From Basidiobolus meristosporus CBS 931.73 (taxonomy: Eukaryota > Fungi > Basidiobolomycota), in the NCBI GenBank assembly GCA_002104905.1, contig MCFE01000659.1:1-49080 (forward strand): a DNA stretch of 49,080 bases, written 5' to 3'. Shown here in pieces: positions 1-10,311 of the stretch. The notes beneath the pieces were generated by a model. That model did not search any database and was not told where the DNA came from. It saw only the letters and a program-made list of their open reading frames with translations. Made by a program: the position numbers and the translations under genes. Every line of letters begins with the position of its first letter. Positions within the stretch are counted from its first letter, which is position 1.

Positions 1-1686
1 GGATGTTGTACGAAAAAGTCGAGGGATCGTCTACTAGTTCTTCTTCACGTAAATACCGAGCAATCGAGACAAATTCGGCAGCTAAATATATGCAGAACAC
101 TCAAGATTATTGGACTGGCCTAATATATCTGCACCATCTTATCCAAAGCATCTTACCATCTTCAAGGCATTCTCTAACCATTCCCATGTCCCCAGCATCA
201 CAAAACAACGTCGCCTGGATTTGATGCAAGTGCAGCTTGCTGATCAGGTAGCTGATTCGCATCCACTTGGGGATATCTAGATGGGTACTGGCATGTACAT
301 TTTCGGCTAGAGCAGCATTGTATCTGTATTCCGAAGGAAGGCGATCACTCCATGAATGAAGGGCGCTCTGCAATTGCTTTAGCTTCAAAGGTGCATCCAA
401 TATCCTATCCGTAATCCGTATGATGCCAAATAGTGTTGGCACCTTGTTATTGGAGACTGAACTCATAAAATTCGAAATATCATTAAGTAGAAACTCCATT
501 TCGATCATGAACGACCACATCTTTCTGTCCTCGTATGATAGTCGATACTGTGCGCTCGGCAGCAGGAATGATAGCTGCTGCCACTTCGCTTCGTCCCCTG
601 GTGGCAGTATACACGCTGTCTTCTCCTCTACCGTCATTGTTCTTTGACGTGTCCAGCGATCTAAAATAAGCAGCCACCAGAAGAAACGTCGGCGCTCTTC
701 TTTCTCGATGCCATCTGTAGGGCTGCTACCCAGGGCATCGTGGTCAATATCCTGCAATGCCAGTCCAGACTCCTGCACAATCCTAACAACACGAGTTCCA
801 ATTATTATGGGATTTTCGGTAGGTAAAACTTGATAACTCTTCTTACTTGGTGGCTAGCACTAAAATATGGGGACACGTTTTGATTAGCGTTAGGATAATT
901 TTCAATGGACCTCAAAACTTACTAAAGCAAGTAGTAGCAACAGATTCACGGCCATCATAAAACAACATCAGGGCCAAAAGAGTCAAGGCCATAGCATTGT
1001 AGATGTTTGGCTCCATAAATATCTGTTGTTGGGCCATTTGCAAAGCATTTTCAGTGAAGTCAGCCTCAAGTACTAAATTCACCCATTCCATGGGACAGTT
1101 CGACTCGATTTTAGAACGAGATACTTTTATGAAAAACCTACTCCCAATAGCGAATATAGCTTGGCGCAAAAAGTCGGGAATAATTCGTTTGTTTAGGCGA
1201 TAATGCAGATATTCATGATGGAATATAGGTGCAGGACACCCAAAATGTTTCAAAAAAGTTCGAAGTAGCTCTGTTTGTAGGGGTAGTGGCAGCTTTGAAG
1301 ATGCGAACGATGGATTTGAGAGAGAGTATAGGTGTAGCGACGGTTTCTCAAGAAGTTCCTTACGGCTTCGAGCTATCTTCGTAACGGCCGTTTTTTCTGG
1401 TTGAGGTTGCCTACTGGAAATATAGCTGGTTGAGCGTTTACCTTGCATATATCCCTTCGGAGGACCACGCTAAAGTAAAAAACAGGTTATTGAAACAAAC
1501 CTATTGATCTTGGCAGATATCAAAGCAATATACTTGTCGCGATCGTTTATATTGGCATATCAGGTTACTCTTTAAGCACATAGTGCAAATTGGTCTTTCT
1601 TTGCTACATTTCCGTTTACGACGACGGCATTCCTCACAAGAGAGGGAATCCTTTGTAACTGACTCCAAAGAATTTACTAAACTCAT
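1..1686 (-). CDS. Zn(II)2Cys6 fungal transcription factor, paralogue A (3' end runs off the window start)
   Basis: Exons 1686-1534, 1469-923, 859-847 (13-nt micro-exon), 782-157, 81-<1, all flanked by GT..AG introns. N-terminal CEECRRRKRKCSKERPICTMCLKSNLIC binuclear cluster. Fungal TF middle-homology-like segment (EERRRFFWWLLILDRW). Intron positions match paralogue B. Confidence 0.9.
61..850 (-). repeat. Left arm of a ~790-bp near-identical inverted repeat (pairs with 3863-4655)
   Basis: Manual alignment of the reverse complement to 3863-4655: 718-850 identical (133 bp); 489-717 has 10 mismatches; 433-488 is diverged (about 16 substitutions plus a 3-nt indel); 61-432 has 3 mismatches in 372 bp. 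Confidence 0.95.
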
Positions 1687-3023
1687 GGTACTGCTCTCAC
1701 AATACTGCAACCAGTTAGTACGTCGGTGCTATACCACATTGCAAAAGGCACACTAGGTTGAACACATAAATGCATGCCAAGATATATGTGAAGTTTGATT
1801 GGGCTTTGCTTGATAATATCGTGACTGTTTCGTTACAGAAGAAATTCTAGAAATAACTAATGTTTCAGATCCAAAGCCGACAATCAAATCACACTTGATA
1901 TACGTAGCTACACCGCAGTCTCCACAATGTCGGTACACAGCCCACAACATTGTGAGCAGTATGGACCTCTTTATAGGCATTATAGAATTCTTGCATATAG
2001 GAATGCTTAACAGTATTACTTGCACGTGGAACCATGACATATATCGTAGTGGACCCTACAAGTAGTTAGATCCATTTACACTGAAGGATTAATAGCTAAC
2101 AGTAAAAGAACATCAGCAAAGTGTCATCACTTGTTAACAGAGCAAAAATGCTGGTTTTCCCAATAGCATATTACTGGCTTCGCTATAGGATTGGGCTAGG
2201 GAATTTCTCGGATCCTATGGTTTAATGTTTATTAGTAGTATTTCCATTGTCAATACCTCAGAACAACACACTGTATAGAGGCTGCTGTCATGCCGAAACA
2301 CTCGCAAGAAAAATGTACCAGAGAACAATGGTACTGATGTCGCCATTCAATGAGATCAATGAGAACGAAGCCAACCAGTGCTAGTGAATCTACACAAGTT
2401 CTTTGCAATATCTGCTTACCGCCCAAAAAATTCTTTGTACATCTACTAGCAACCAATTGTGTCTTATCAGCAATACGACTCCTAGTGTACTGGGGAAATT
2501 GAAATAGCAAAGAGCCTGTATCACAAGCCTGGGTGACTCAGATGACTTAGATAAGAACATATAGTAATGACATTGTGTGAACTGGCTCACCAATGCTTGT
2601 GGAATCTAAGCCAGAGGATGGTAATTTATGCCACAATCAATACATCAGTGTTAGTAAATAGTATTTGGTTTTCAATGCCCAAGATGCCAAATGCTCAGTG
2701 ATATTAATATCCACGATACATATTCGAAGATTTTGTGGGGGATATACTTGGCATTTGATGAATTGCAACAGTCTGCTGCGGAGAGACAACTCCATATAGT
2801 ACAAGCCAATTAGATTGGACACTGGGATATACAAATCAAAGCCATCCTTACTATTTAGAGTGCCCTTCCTTATCTAAGCGTATGTATCATATGACCAGTG
2901 CTGAGTTGCTTCATGCTGGATTACAGTATTCTTGATAACCTCGATATATATACACGCGCACAAATCTCGGTTAATTTTACATGAATATTGTTGAGGAAGT
3001 TGGCTGTCGCTTCAAATAATACA

Positions 3024-5137
3024 ATGAGTTTAGCTGAAACTTCGGAATCGACCACACGCTCTACACTATCTTGTGAGGAATGTCGCAGACGAAAACGCAA
3101 GTGTAGCAAGGACAAACCAATTTGCACCATGTGTCTGAAAAATGATACCGAATGCATATATAAGCGGCCTCGAAAAGTATTACCATCTATTCTACGACCA
3201 ATTTACATCGTTCACTCCGACTAACTTGTTTGGTTCCACAACAGCGTGGTCCTCCCAAAGGATATATGCTCGGCATGCGTTCCACGGACTATATTTCGAA
3301 CCAAGAATCCCCTCAAGGGAAAATGTCACCAATGAAAGCTTCGTTGGGCCGTAGAGCGTATTTCAAGGAACCTACACTGCACTTATATTCTCTCTCAAAT
3401 CCCGCCTACGCGCCTCCCAGGATTCCTTTACCTTTGCAAACTGAGCTATTCCGCACTTTTTTAAATCATTTCGGTTGCTCAGCACCATTGTTCCACCATA
3501 AATATTTATACTATCGCCTAAATACCCACGTTCTACCTGATTTCCTACTCCAAACGATATTTGCTATAGGAAGTAGGTTTTTCTTGAAAGCAAATCATTC
3601 CGAATTGGACCCTAGTATTCCAACGGAATGGATGAATTTGGTGCTGGAGACCGATTTCGCTGGAAATGCTCTGCAATTGGCGCAACAACAAATATTTATG
3701 GAGCCAAACATCTACAATGCTATGGCCTTGACTCTTTTGGCCCTGATGTTGTTTTATGATGGCCGTGAATCCGCCGCTTCCACATGTCTTAGTAAGTACG
3801 AAAGTTTAAGGAAACTTTGCACACTATTGTTAAGTATCTTTGCTATTCTTTAGTGTTGGGTGCCAAGTAAGAAGAGTTATCAAGTTTTACCTACCGAAAA
3901 TCCCATAATAATTGGAACTCGTGTTGTTAGGATTGTGCAGGAGTCTGGACTGGCATTGCAGGATATTGACCACGATGCCCTGGGTAGCAGCCCTATAGAT
4001 GGCATCGAGAAAGAAGAGCGCCGACGCCTTTTTTGGTGGCTGCTTATTTTAGATCGCTGGGCACAGAAAAGAACAATGACGGTAGAGGAGAAGACAGCGT
4101 GTATACTGCCACCAGGGGACGAAGCGAAGTGGCAGCAGCTATCATTCCTGCTGCCGAGCGCACAGTATCGACTATCATATGAGGACAGAAAGATGTGGTC
4201 GTTCATGATCGAAATGGAGTTTCTTCTCAGTGATATATCCAACTTGATGAGTTCACTTTCTGATCGCAACAAGCTACCAGCGTTATTTGGCATCATACGG
4301 ATTACGGATAGGATATTGGATGCACCTTTGAAGCTAAAGCAATTGCAGAGCGCCCTTCATTCATGGAGTGATCGCCTTCCTTCGGAATACAGATACAATG
4401 CTGCTCTAGCCGAAAATGTACATGCCAGTACCCATCTAGATATCCCCAAGTGGATGCGAATCAGCTACCTGATCAGCAAGCTGCACTTGCATCAAATCCA
4501 GGCGACGTTATTTTGTGATGCTGGGGACATGGGAATGGTTAGAGAATGCCTTGAAGATGGTAAGATGCTTTGGATAAGATGGTGCAGATACATTAGGCCA
4601 GTCCAATAATCTTGAGTGTTCTGCATATCTTTAGCTGCCGAATTTGTCTCGATTGTTCGATATTTACCGGAAACCGAGCTGGTAGATGACCCATTAACAT
4701 TTTCTTACAACATCCTTACTTCTCGTATTCTCCTTACGATCATGGAGTATACGTTCCGTACAAATGAGAACGATTCTGACTTCACGCAGCATATGGCCAC
4801 GTTAAGAAACGTGGAGAAGTATCAGATGGCACTGCAAGCAAAGCAACATATAGATTCCATCTACGAGCTTCTCTCAGACTCCGTATCTATATGGAGGCAG
4901 TCAGCAAATGATCTTTCTCAGTTGGTAGAGATCAAAACCACTGCCGAACACATATGCGCTGAGATTGAATCTCAATGCATGATACCTTCCTCTACACTAT
5001 CGGAATCGGACACTAGTATTAGCTTTCAGGAGATCATGGAGACACCACTGCCACCCGACATGGACATCTTCAAGGGAAGCGAACCCTCCGATGAGATTCA
5101 AGAATTGAGCAACCTACTACTTCTCCGAGAATGTTAA
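3024..5137 (+). CDS. Zn(II)2Cys6 fungal transcription factor, paralogue B (614 aa spliced)
   Basis: Exons 3024-3176, 3245-3791, 3854-3866, 3931-4559, 4635-5137 sum to 1845 nt with an open frame. CEECRRRKRKCSKDKPICTMCLKNDTEC cluster, KRPRK/RGPPKGY linker across intron 1, EERRRLFWWLLILDRW middle-homology segment, acidic C-terminus. Confidence 0.92.
3863..4655 (+). repeat. Right arm of the near-identical inverted repeat (pairs with 61-850)
   Basis: Same alignment as the left arm. Intron 3 (3867-3930) is 64/64 identical and intron 4 (4560-4634) is 73/75 identical to paralogue A. Confidence 0.95.
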
Positions 5138-5841
5138 TCATTCTGTCAGGTATCTCGGCATGATGATTTCAATTATTGAAGCCGTGTCATATGTATAGAT
5201 TTGGAGCCCTCGACACGAAAGATTACAAAAAGATATAACAGAGCATGATTGTAGTAGACACTGCTCAACATCAACATCAACGCCCATCGATCATTTATAT
5301 CTTTCCAAGTGTTGAAAGTCAGCCTGTTACATAAATAAAACTCTCGGTAAAATCAATTCCTGCGTGACGCTCGACATGAACTACGACAACGGGTTGTTGA
5401 ATCCAAAGATAAACTGATATTGTGATACAACGGCTTGAATGGTATACCATATGGGAATCGTTTGCCTTCTATACATGAGGGCGGAGTTTGTTGTTTGTCC
5501 ACTGTTATGGTGGAGGCGAAAATGATTTTACAAACAGGCGTAACCATCGTGTCTTATAATAATGACTACATACAAACATGTATGTTGCGAAGCAGATGAT
5601 AAGAATGGGTGAAGTCATACAGTACATTAGACTAAGGGAAGATTGATCCATGCTTATCGATGTGAGAGATTAGAAATAAGGCGCTTTGTAACAATGATTG
5701 GAACCATTACACCAGTAAGATCCAAGATCCAGCTGGAAACCATTTCAAGTCAATTCATAGTAAATATCGATATCTCTATCGGTAAAGATTGGGAACAAGA
5801 GTGGATTTTAATTCAAGTCAAGGTACCTTTCTTGACTCATA

Positions 5842-7983
5842 TTACAAGGAATCAACATATTCTTGAACATCATCGATTAGGCGAACCTTATGATCTCGAA
5901 CAACATATATGCGAGAATCAAATGCTTCAGAATCCTCCGCCTCATCATCCTCATTCTGGCCACAAGTTTCCTGCACGAAGTACTGGTCGTGGGTTACCAA
6001 GACAACAGCACCAGCAAATGTTGCAATAGCCTCTCGCAACCCCTCGATGGATTCTAAATCCAAGTGGTTGGTGATTTCATCCAACAGGAGGAGGTGAGGA
6101 TTTGTTAACATCGTTATTGCTAAGGCTACTCGAGATTTCTGTCCTCCAGACAAGGTATTGAGAGGCTGCAAGGGAACATTGCCTGATAATCCGAAATTAC
6201 CGATGTACCTTCTAATCTCTTGAGTATCTTTCAGTGGGATGGTGCCGTTGCCTTCATCGACTTTCTTCTTGATATACGTAACAGCTGATTCGTTGTCAAT
6301 GTTGAGTAGGTCGACATGGTGCTGCGAGAAGTATCCAATACGCAAACTTGGATTCCTTTCGATAGTTCCCTTAGTTGGGCGTAAGGTACCGTTGATTAGA
6401 TCCACCAGTGTGGATTTACCACTTCCATTTGCACCAACAAGACCGATTCGTGACCCAGGCTCAATACTTATTGAGATTGATGTCACTACGTCGGCCTTGG
6501 CACCCGGGTATTTGAAGGAGATGTTACGTAGCTGCAGCATTGGCGCGTTGTTTCGGAGAGGATCGGGTTGAGGGAAGGTAAATGTCACAGATGGCTCAGC
6601 TTTCTCCAGCTCAACCTGGACTCTGGCCGTTTCGTGCCAACCGACTCGGTAGGACACCTTGAACCGCTTGCCATCTTCAGTCTTGTCCATTCCCATCCGC
6701 TCTAGCTTCTTCTTACGCGATGCGACCAACCCCAGTCTTTTGTCGTCGCCACTGGATTTTGCGTGTTGAACGGCCTTCTCGATCGACTTCTGAATGTGCT
6801 TCTTCTTTTTCTCAATGTTATCATGCAGATGCTGTTTCTTTTTGGCTACGTCTTCGGTGTTCTTTTTGTAGTCATCATAGTTACCAGGATGGTATGTCAG
6901 AGTCTTGTTTTTGAAACAGATGATTTCATCGACCACTGAATTCAAAAAATGTCTGTCATGGGATATAATTACAAGGGTTTGGTCGGTGATCGAAGATAAG
7001 TAAGATCTAAGCCAGACGATGGCCGGCAAGTCCAAATGGTTTGTGGGCTCGTCCAGCAGAAGAATATCGGGTTTCATATACAGTGCCTGAGCTAAAGCTA
7101 CTCGCATACGCCAACCACCGCTCAATTCTGAGACAGGTGCGTCCTGTTGTTTCTGACTGAACCCAAGTCCGTTCAGAATATCTCGGATCATGTCATCCTC
7201 ATCATCATCCTCTAGCAGGGTTAACTTGTCGTAGAATTCGGAAAGCATCTCATAAATGGTCGAGGTTTCTATTTTTGGTAAAGCCTCGGCGTTTGCTAAC
7301 TGTTCGCTGACTGCGGCTGCGTTTGCTTCGGATTGAAGTGCTTTGGCTCGGGCCTCCATGCCTCGCTTGCCACTGCGCTTGATGGCGTCTTGGTTGTCCA
7401 GTTCGGCTTGCTCCTTTGCTTGCTGTGCCATGACATTGTAGGCTGCCCTATTCAAAGCAGCAGGTGTGTTGACTTCAAGTGCATCCTCCAGCTCAGATAT
7501 ATTATCCATTAACTTGCAACGCTGAACATTCACACTCAAGACAGTTTCAAACACAGTTCGGTTGAAGGCTTGACTCTCTGATTCTTGTAATTGCTCTATG
7601 TACAATGTGGAGATGTTCTTTGGAAATCCAATAAGTTTACCATAGCCGATGCTTTTCAGTAAGGTTGATTTCCCAATGCCATTACGCCCAATAAGACCGT
7701 AGTGAGTACCGGCTTTCAACAAGAGTCGTGAGTCAAGAAGCAGGTCAACAGAATTTACGGCAAGATTCACACCAGGAAGGTCGACATCCTTCGATTGATT
7801 TTCGGTGGACTCTTTGTGGAAACGAGAAGCCTGCGACACGGCCGAAACCGAGCTCCAAAAATCATCCTTCTTGAGAGCAGCATTGGTATTGGACTCCATG
7901 GTGGTCATTTTAGATAGTGATGAATTGACCCTCGACCACAATTGATTTTTATAGTGATCGATGCATTGTTCCGCAGTAGACAT
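5842..7983 (-). CDS. ABC-F family ATPase (soluble, two NBDs, no transmembrane domain), 713 aa, single exon
   Basis: NBD1: GRNGIGKST, LSGGWRMR, LLLDEPTN, ISHDR. NBD2: GANGSGKST, LSGGQKSR, LLLLDEITN, VTHDQ. Charged inter-NBD linker and no hydrophobic spans. An extra 5' exon cannot be excluded. Confidence 0.92.
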   Translation of the reverse strand: MSTAEQCIDHYKNQLWSRVNSSLSKMTTMESNTNAALKKDDFWSSVSAVSQASRFHKESTENQSKDVDLPGVNLAVNSVDLLLDSRLLLKAGTHYGLIGRNGIGKSTLLKSIGYGKLIGFPKNISTLYIEQLQESESQAFNRTVFETVLSVNVQRCKLMDNISELEDALEVNTPAALNRAAYNVMAQQAKEQAELDNQDAIKRSGKRGMEARAKALQSEANAAAVSEQLANAEALPKIETSTIYEMLSEFYDKLTLLEDDDEDDMIRDILNGLGFSQKQQDAPVSELSGGWRMRVALAQALYMKPDILLLDEPTNHLDLPAIVWLRSYLSSITDQTLVIISHDRHFLNSVVDEIICFKNKTLTYHPGNYDDYKKNTEDVAKKKQHLHDNIEKKKKHIQKSIEKAVQHAKSSGDDKRLGLVASRKKKLERMGMDKTEDGKRFKVSYRVGWHETARVQVELEKAEPSVTFTFPQPDPLRNNAPMLQLRNISFKYPGAKADVVTSISISIEPGSRIGLVGANGSGKSTLVDLINGTLRPTKGTIERNPSLRIGYFSQHHVDLLNIDNESAVTYIKKKVDEGNGTIPLKDTQEIRRYIGNFGLSGNVPLQPLNTLSGGQKSRVALAITMLTNPHLLLLDEITNHLDLESIEGLREAIATFAGAVVLVTHDQYFVQETCGQNEDDEAEDSEAFDSRIYVVRDHKVRLIDDVQEYVDSL

Positions 7984-8104
7984 CTTCCATTTATTATTGA
8001 AATCTACTCTATCAGCCGCACCAACAAAATCCGTTCAGATTAATCTCCAATTGGCGTGTATTTGCACCATAAACAGTCGGTATTCAGAAAATAGATCATC
8101 GATT

Positions 8105-8900
8105 TTGCCTTACCCCCCACTTGGTTGAAGTCTAAGACTCTGTGAGCTACATTACCTTCCTGGCTACATCACTGTACGGAAAAATGGATTCAAATTAATG
8201 GATGATTTCAGTCTAGTCCATATAAAGTGTATACCACCTGTAAAGCACACCATCGTGCCATCATTCGTCACTCTATCACACTGTAGTTGCCCAAGTGGAA
8301 TCTTTCACACCCACTCGCAAATGGCCCCTAATCGCTAGGACAGCATTCTGTCTTGTTGAAGAGCAGTTTAGGCCTACGTCCACAAAACAGCTACACTCCG
8401 CTGGATGTCGCAGGCTAGGTTGATTAGAATGAAGTCCCTGTCTAATAGGTACGCTATTTCAAGATTGGATTTTCAATTTTAAAACTTGCAACTGCGGAAG
8501 CAACCTGATCTTCATAACACGCAAATTGCACTGTCCCAGAGTGGATCCAGATACTGAATGCCTAATAATGATTTAACTAAGCAAAATCAACGAAGATGTT
8601 CCACGAGATAAGGCTCAATATGTTGGTTTGTGCTCTATATTTGTTCTGCAATTGCATGGTTTGTAGGCAATTCACCAACTTTTTTAGAGCCAATGAGGTT
8701 GGATTATGGAATAAAAGTAATATCCAAATCCATCATCTACCATGGCGAATATATTCGGAAACTCCCTTTTATCGACCATTGATATATTTGGCCTGCCATT
8801 CAGTTAACCAACTTCCCATGCTCAGTCCTAGAGCTCCGCAGTTGAGATTCCGTGTACTACTAATAGAATGACATTCATTGGATCAACTACCCCATTAAAC
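8105..8900 (-). mobile_element. Decayed retroviral-type (Ty3/Gypsy-like) integrase C-terminal half
   Basis: Motif-like fragments in the expected order across stops and frameshifts: VDKREF (~8759-8776, cf. xDNGxEF), EQI*STNQHIEPYL (~8605-8646, cf. GQTERxNQxLEQYL), LFCGRRPKL (8364-8390, cf. LLYGRxPRL), GPF (~8320), LGNYSV (~8285), TRLK (~8210). A purine-rich AAGTGGGGGG tract follows at ~8113-8122. Confidence 0.5.
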
Positions 8901-10170
8901 CTTGTTCAGATTTGCCAACTGTATTCAGCTCTGCGAGCTTTACTCACCATATTATCTCATTTAAGTCGAAATCACTGAGACTAGTAATAGCCAGGTACGT
9001 TCAAGTAGCCCTGAATTAGTATCGCCCTGATCAGCTCATTTTAATTCGAAGGGACACCTATTGTTGCAAATAACTAACATTGCACTATATTTTATAAATT
9101 GGTCCGTTTGTTGAACTAGAAAGTTGTTTGGATTTGAATTGAATTTTAACAGATCTCCAAAATAGCGTTAGAAAAATGTATGCAAGCTACAATCCTCCTA
9201 TACAAGACTTTCCACAACAAACAGCATCACCCATGTTTATAAAATTTTCAAAATAATAGACTTTTGGCTGCACTGTCCATCTATAGGCAGGCTTTTCGAA
9301 ATTTCATATTTACACCGAAATATTTGTAAAGTTAAACTTGGATCCTAGCCGATATACTTCGTCATTTCTTGTCCAAATTCTTTGTTGGGAAATAGTTTCA
9401 TCAAGATGTCAAGTTGTCCAAGAGACCTAAATCTGCACAAATGCTCTTAGGAGCTTACTAAACGTATTTGAGGTGTTGCAGATATCCACTCTACACCTAA
9501 ACTATATATATTCCACTACAATTCCCCTTGGCTTTTTGCTAGATTATTTACTTGAGTTTTAGTTTGTTATATTTTGACCAATCCTTAGAATTAATAAAGG
9601 CCTAGAAGTTATTTAAGTTATCAAGCCTGTCCAAATGACCCCGCGCTTTGCGCTCTACTTTTTGAAGCCTCTTTCAAAACATTCTTGGCATTATTTTGGG
9701 CACCAATTCCTAAAACCTTTCTTAAAACTTTAGAATTTACATTGCTGGTTCTGCTAGAATCTTACCATATAATTGACCCTGTAGAGCTTCCTCTGGCAAA
9801 CTGACCAAGGGGTTTGAAATTGGCAATGATAAATTGGGAGAACTGGTAAGTTCAAAGGTTCTCACTTTAAATCTTATCAAGTACAAAAGTGGTATTCATG
9901 CTTAGCAACACTTGGTGTTGCAAGACTCTAAGCTGTTGTAATTATTAAGTTGTCACCTAAATATTCATGCTAACTTAGTCACATAGATCTTATTCTTTGA
10001 TTAGCATTCTGTCCTGACCAAATTTCTTGTCGGGACTTAGAATATTTTCACCAAATTATCAGGTGCCCAGATTATGATCTTTCTCAGAGTTGTCCAAAAG
10101 CCCCCAAACTTTGCACACATATTCTTGGGACCTTCCTTAACAAACTCTACACGTTTGCTTGCTCTATCTT

Positions 10171-10199
10171 ATCAAAAGTATAAATATCATACTTTTGAT
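10171..10199. repeat. Perfect 11-bp inverted repeat with 7-nt spacer
   Basis: ATCAAAAGTAT (10171-10181) / ATACTTTTGAT (10189-10199). Confidence 0.85.
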
Positions 10200-10232
10200 C
10201 AATAAATCTACAAGTGAACAACATGTAAATTC

Positions 10233-10311
10233 TCTAGTTCTCCACATCACTTCCAATACTCCTCAGAATATTGCAACATAAGCAGTATTAGAAGTGATTT
10301 GGAGAACTAGA
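10233..10311. repeat. 28-bp imperfect inverted repeat (26/28) with 23-nt spacer
   Basis: TCTAGTTCTCCACATCACTTCCAATACT (10233-10260) versus the reverse complement of 10284-10311, TCTAGTTCTCCAAATCACTTCTAATACT. Confidence 0.9.

Noticed and set aside
1835-1855. TTCTAGAA heat-shock-element-like core in the TF bidirectional promoter
   Set aside because: Only two nGAAn units in register; expected by chance.
5643-6029. 128-aa plus-strand ORF
   Set aside because: Antisense shadow of the ABC-F 3' end and UTR, with no motif. The same applies to the other antisense ORFs over real genes (e.g. 3880-4296, 13053-13427, 17037-17456, 38303-38905, 44746-45045).
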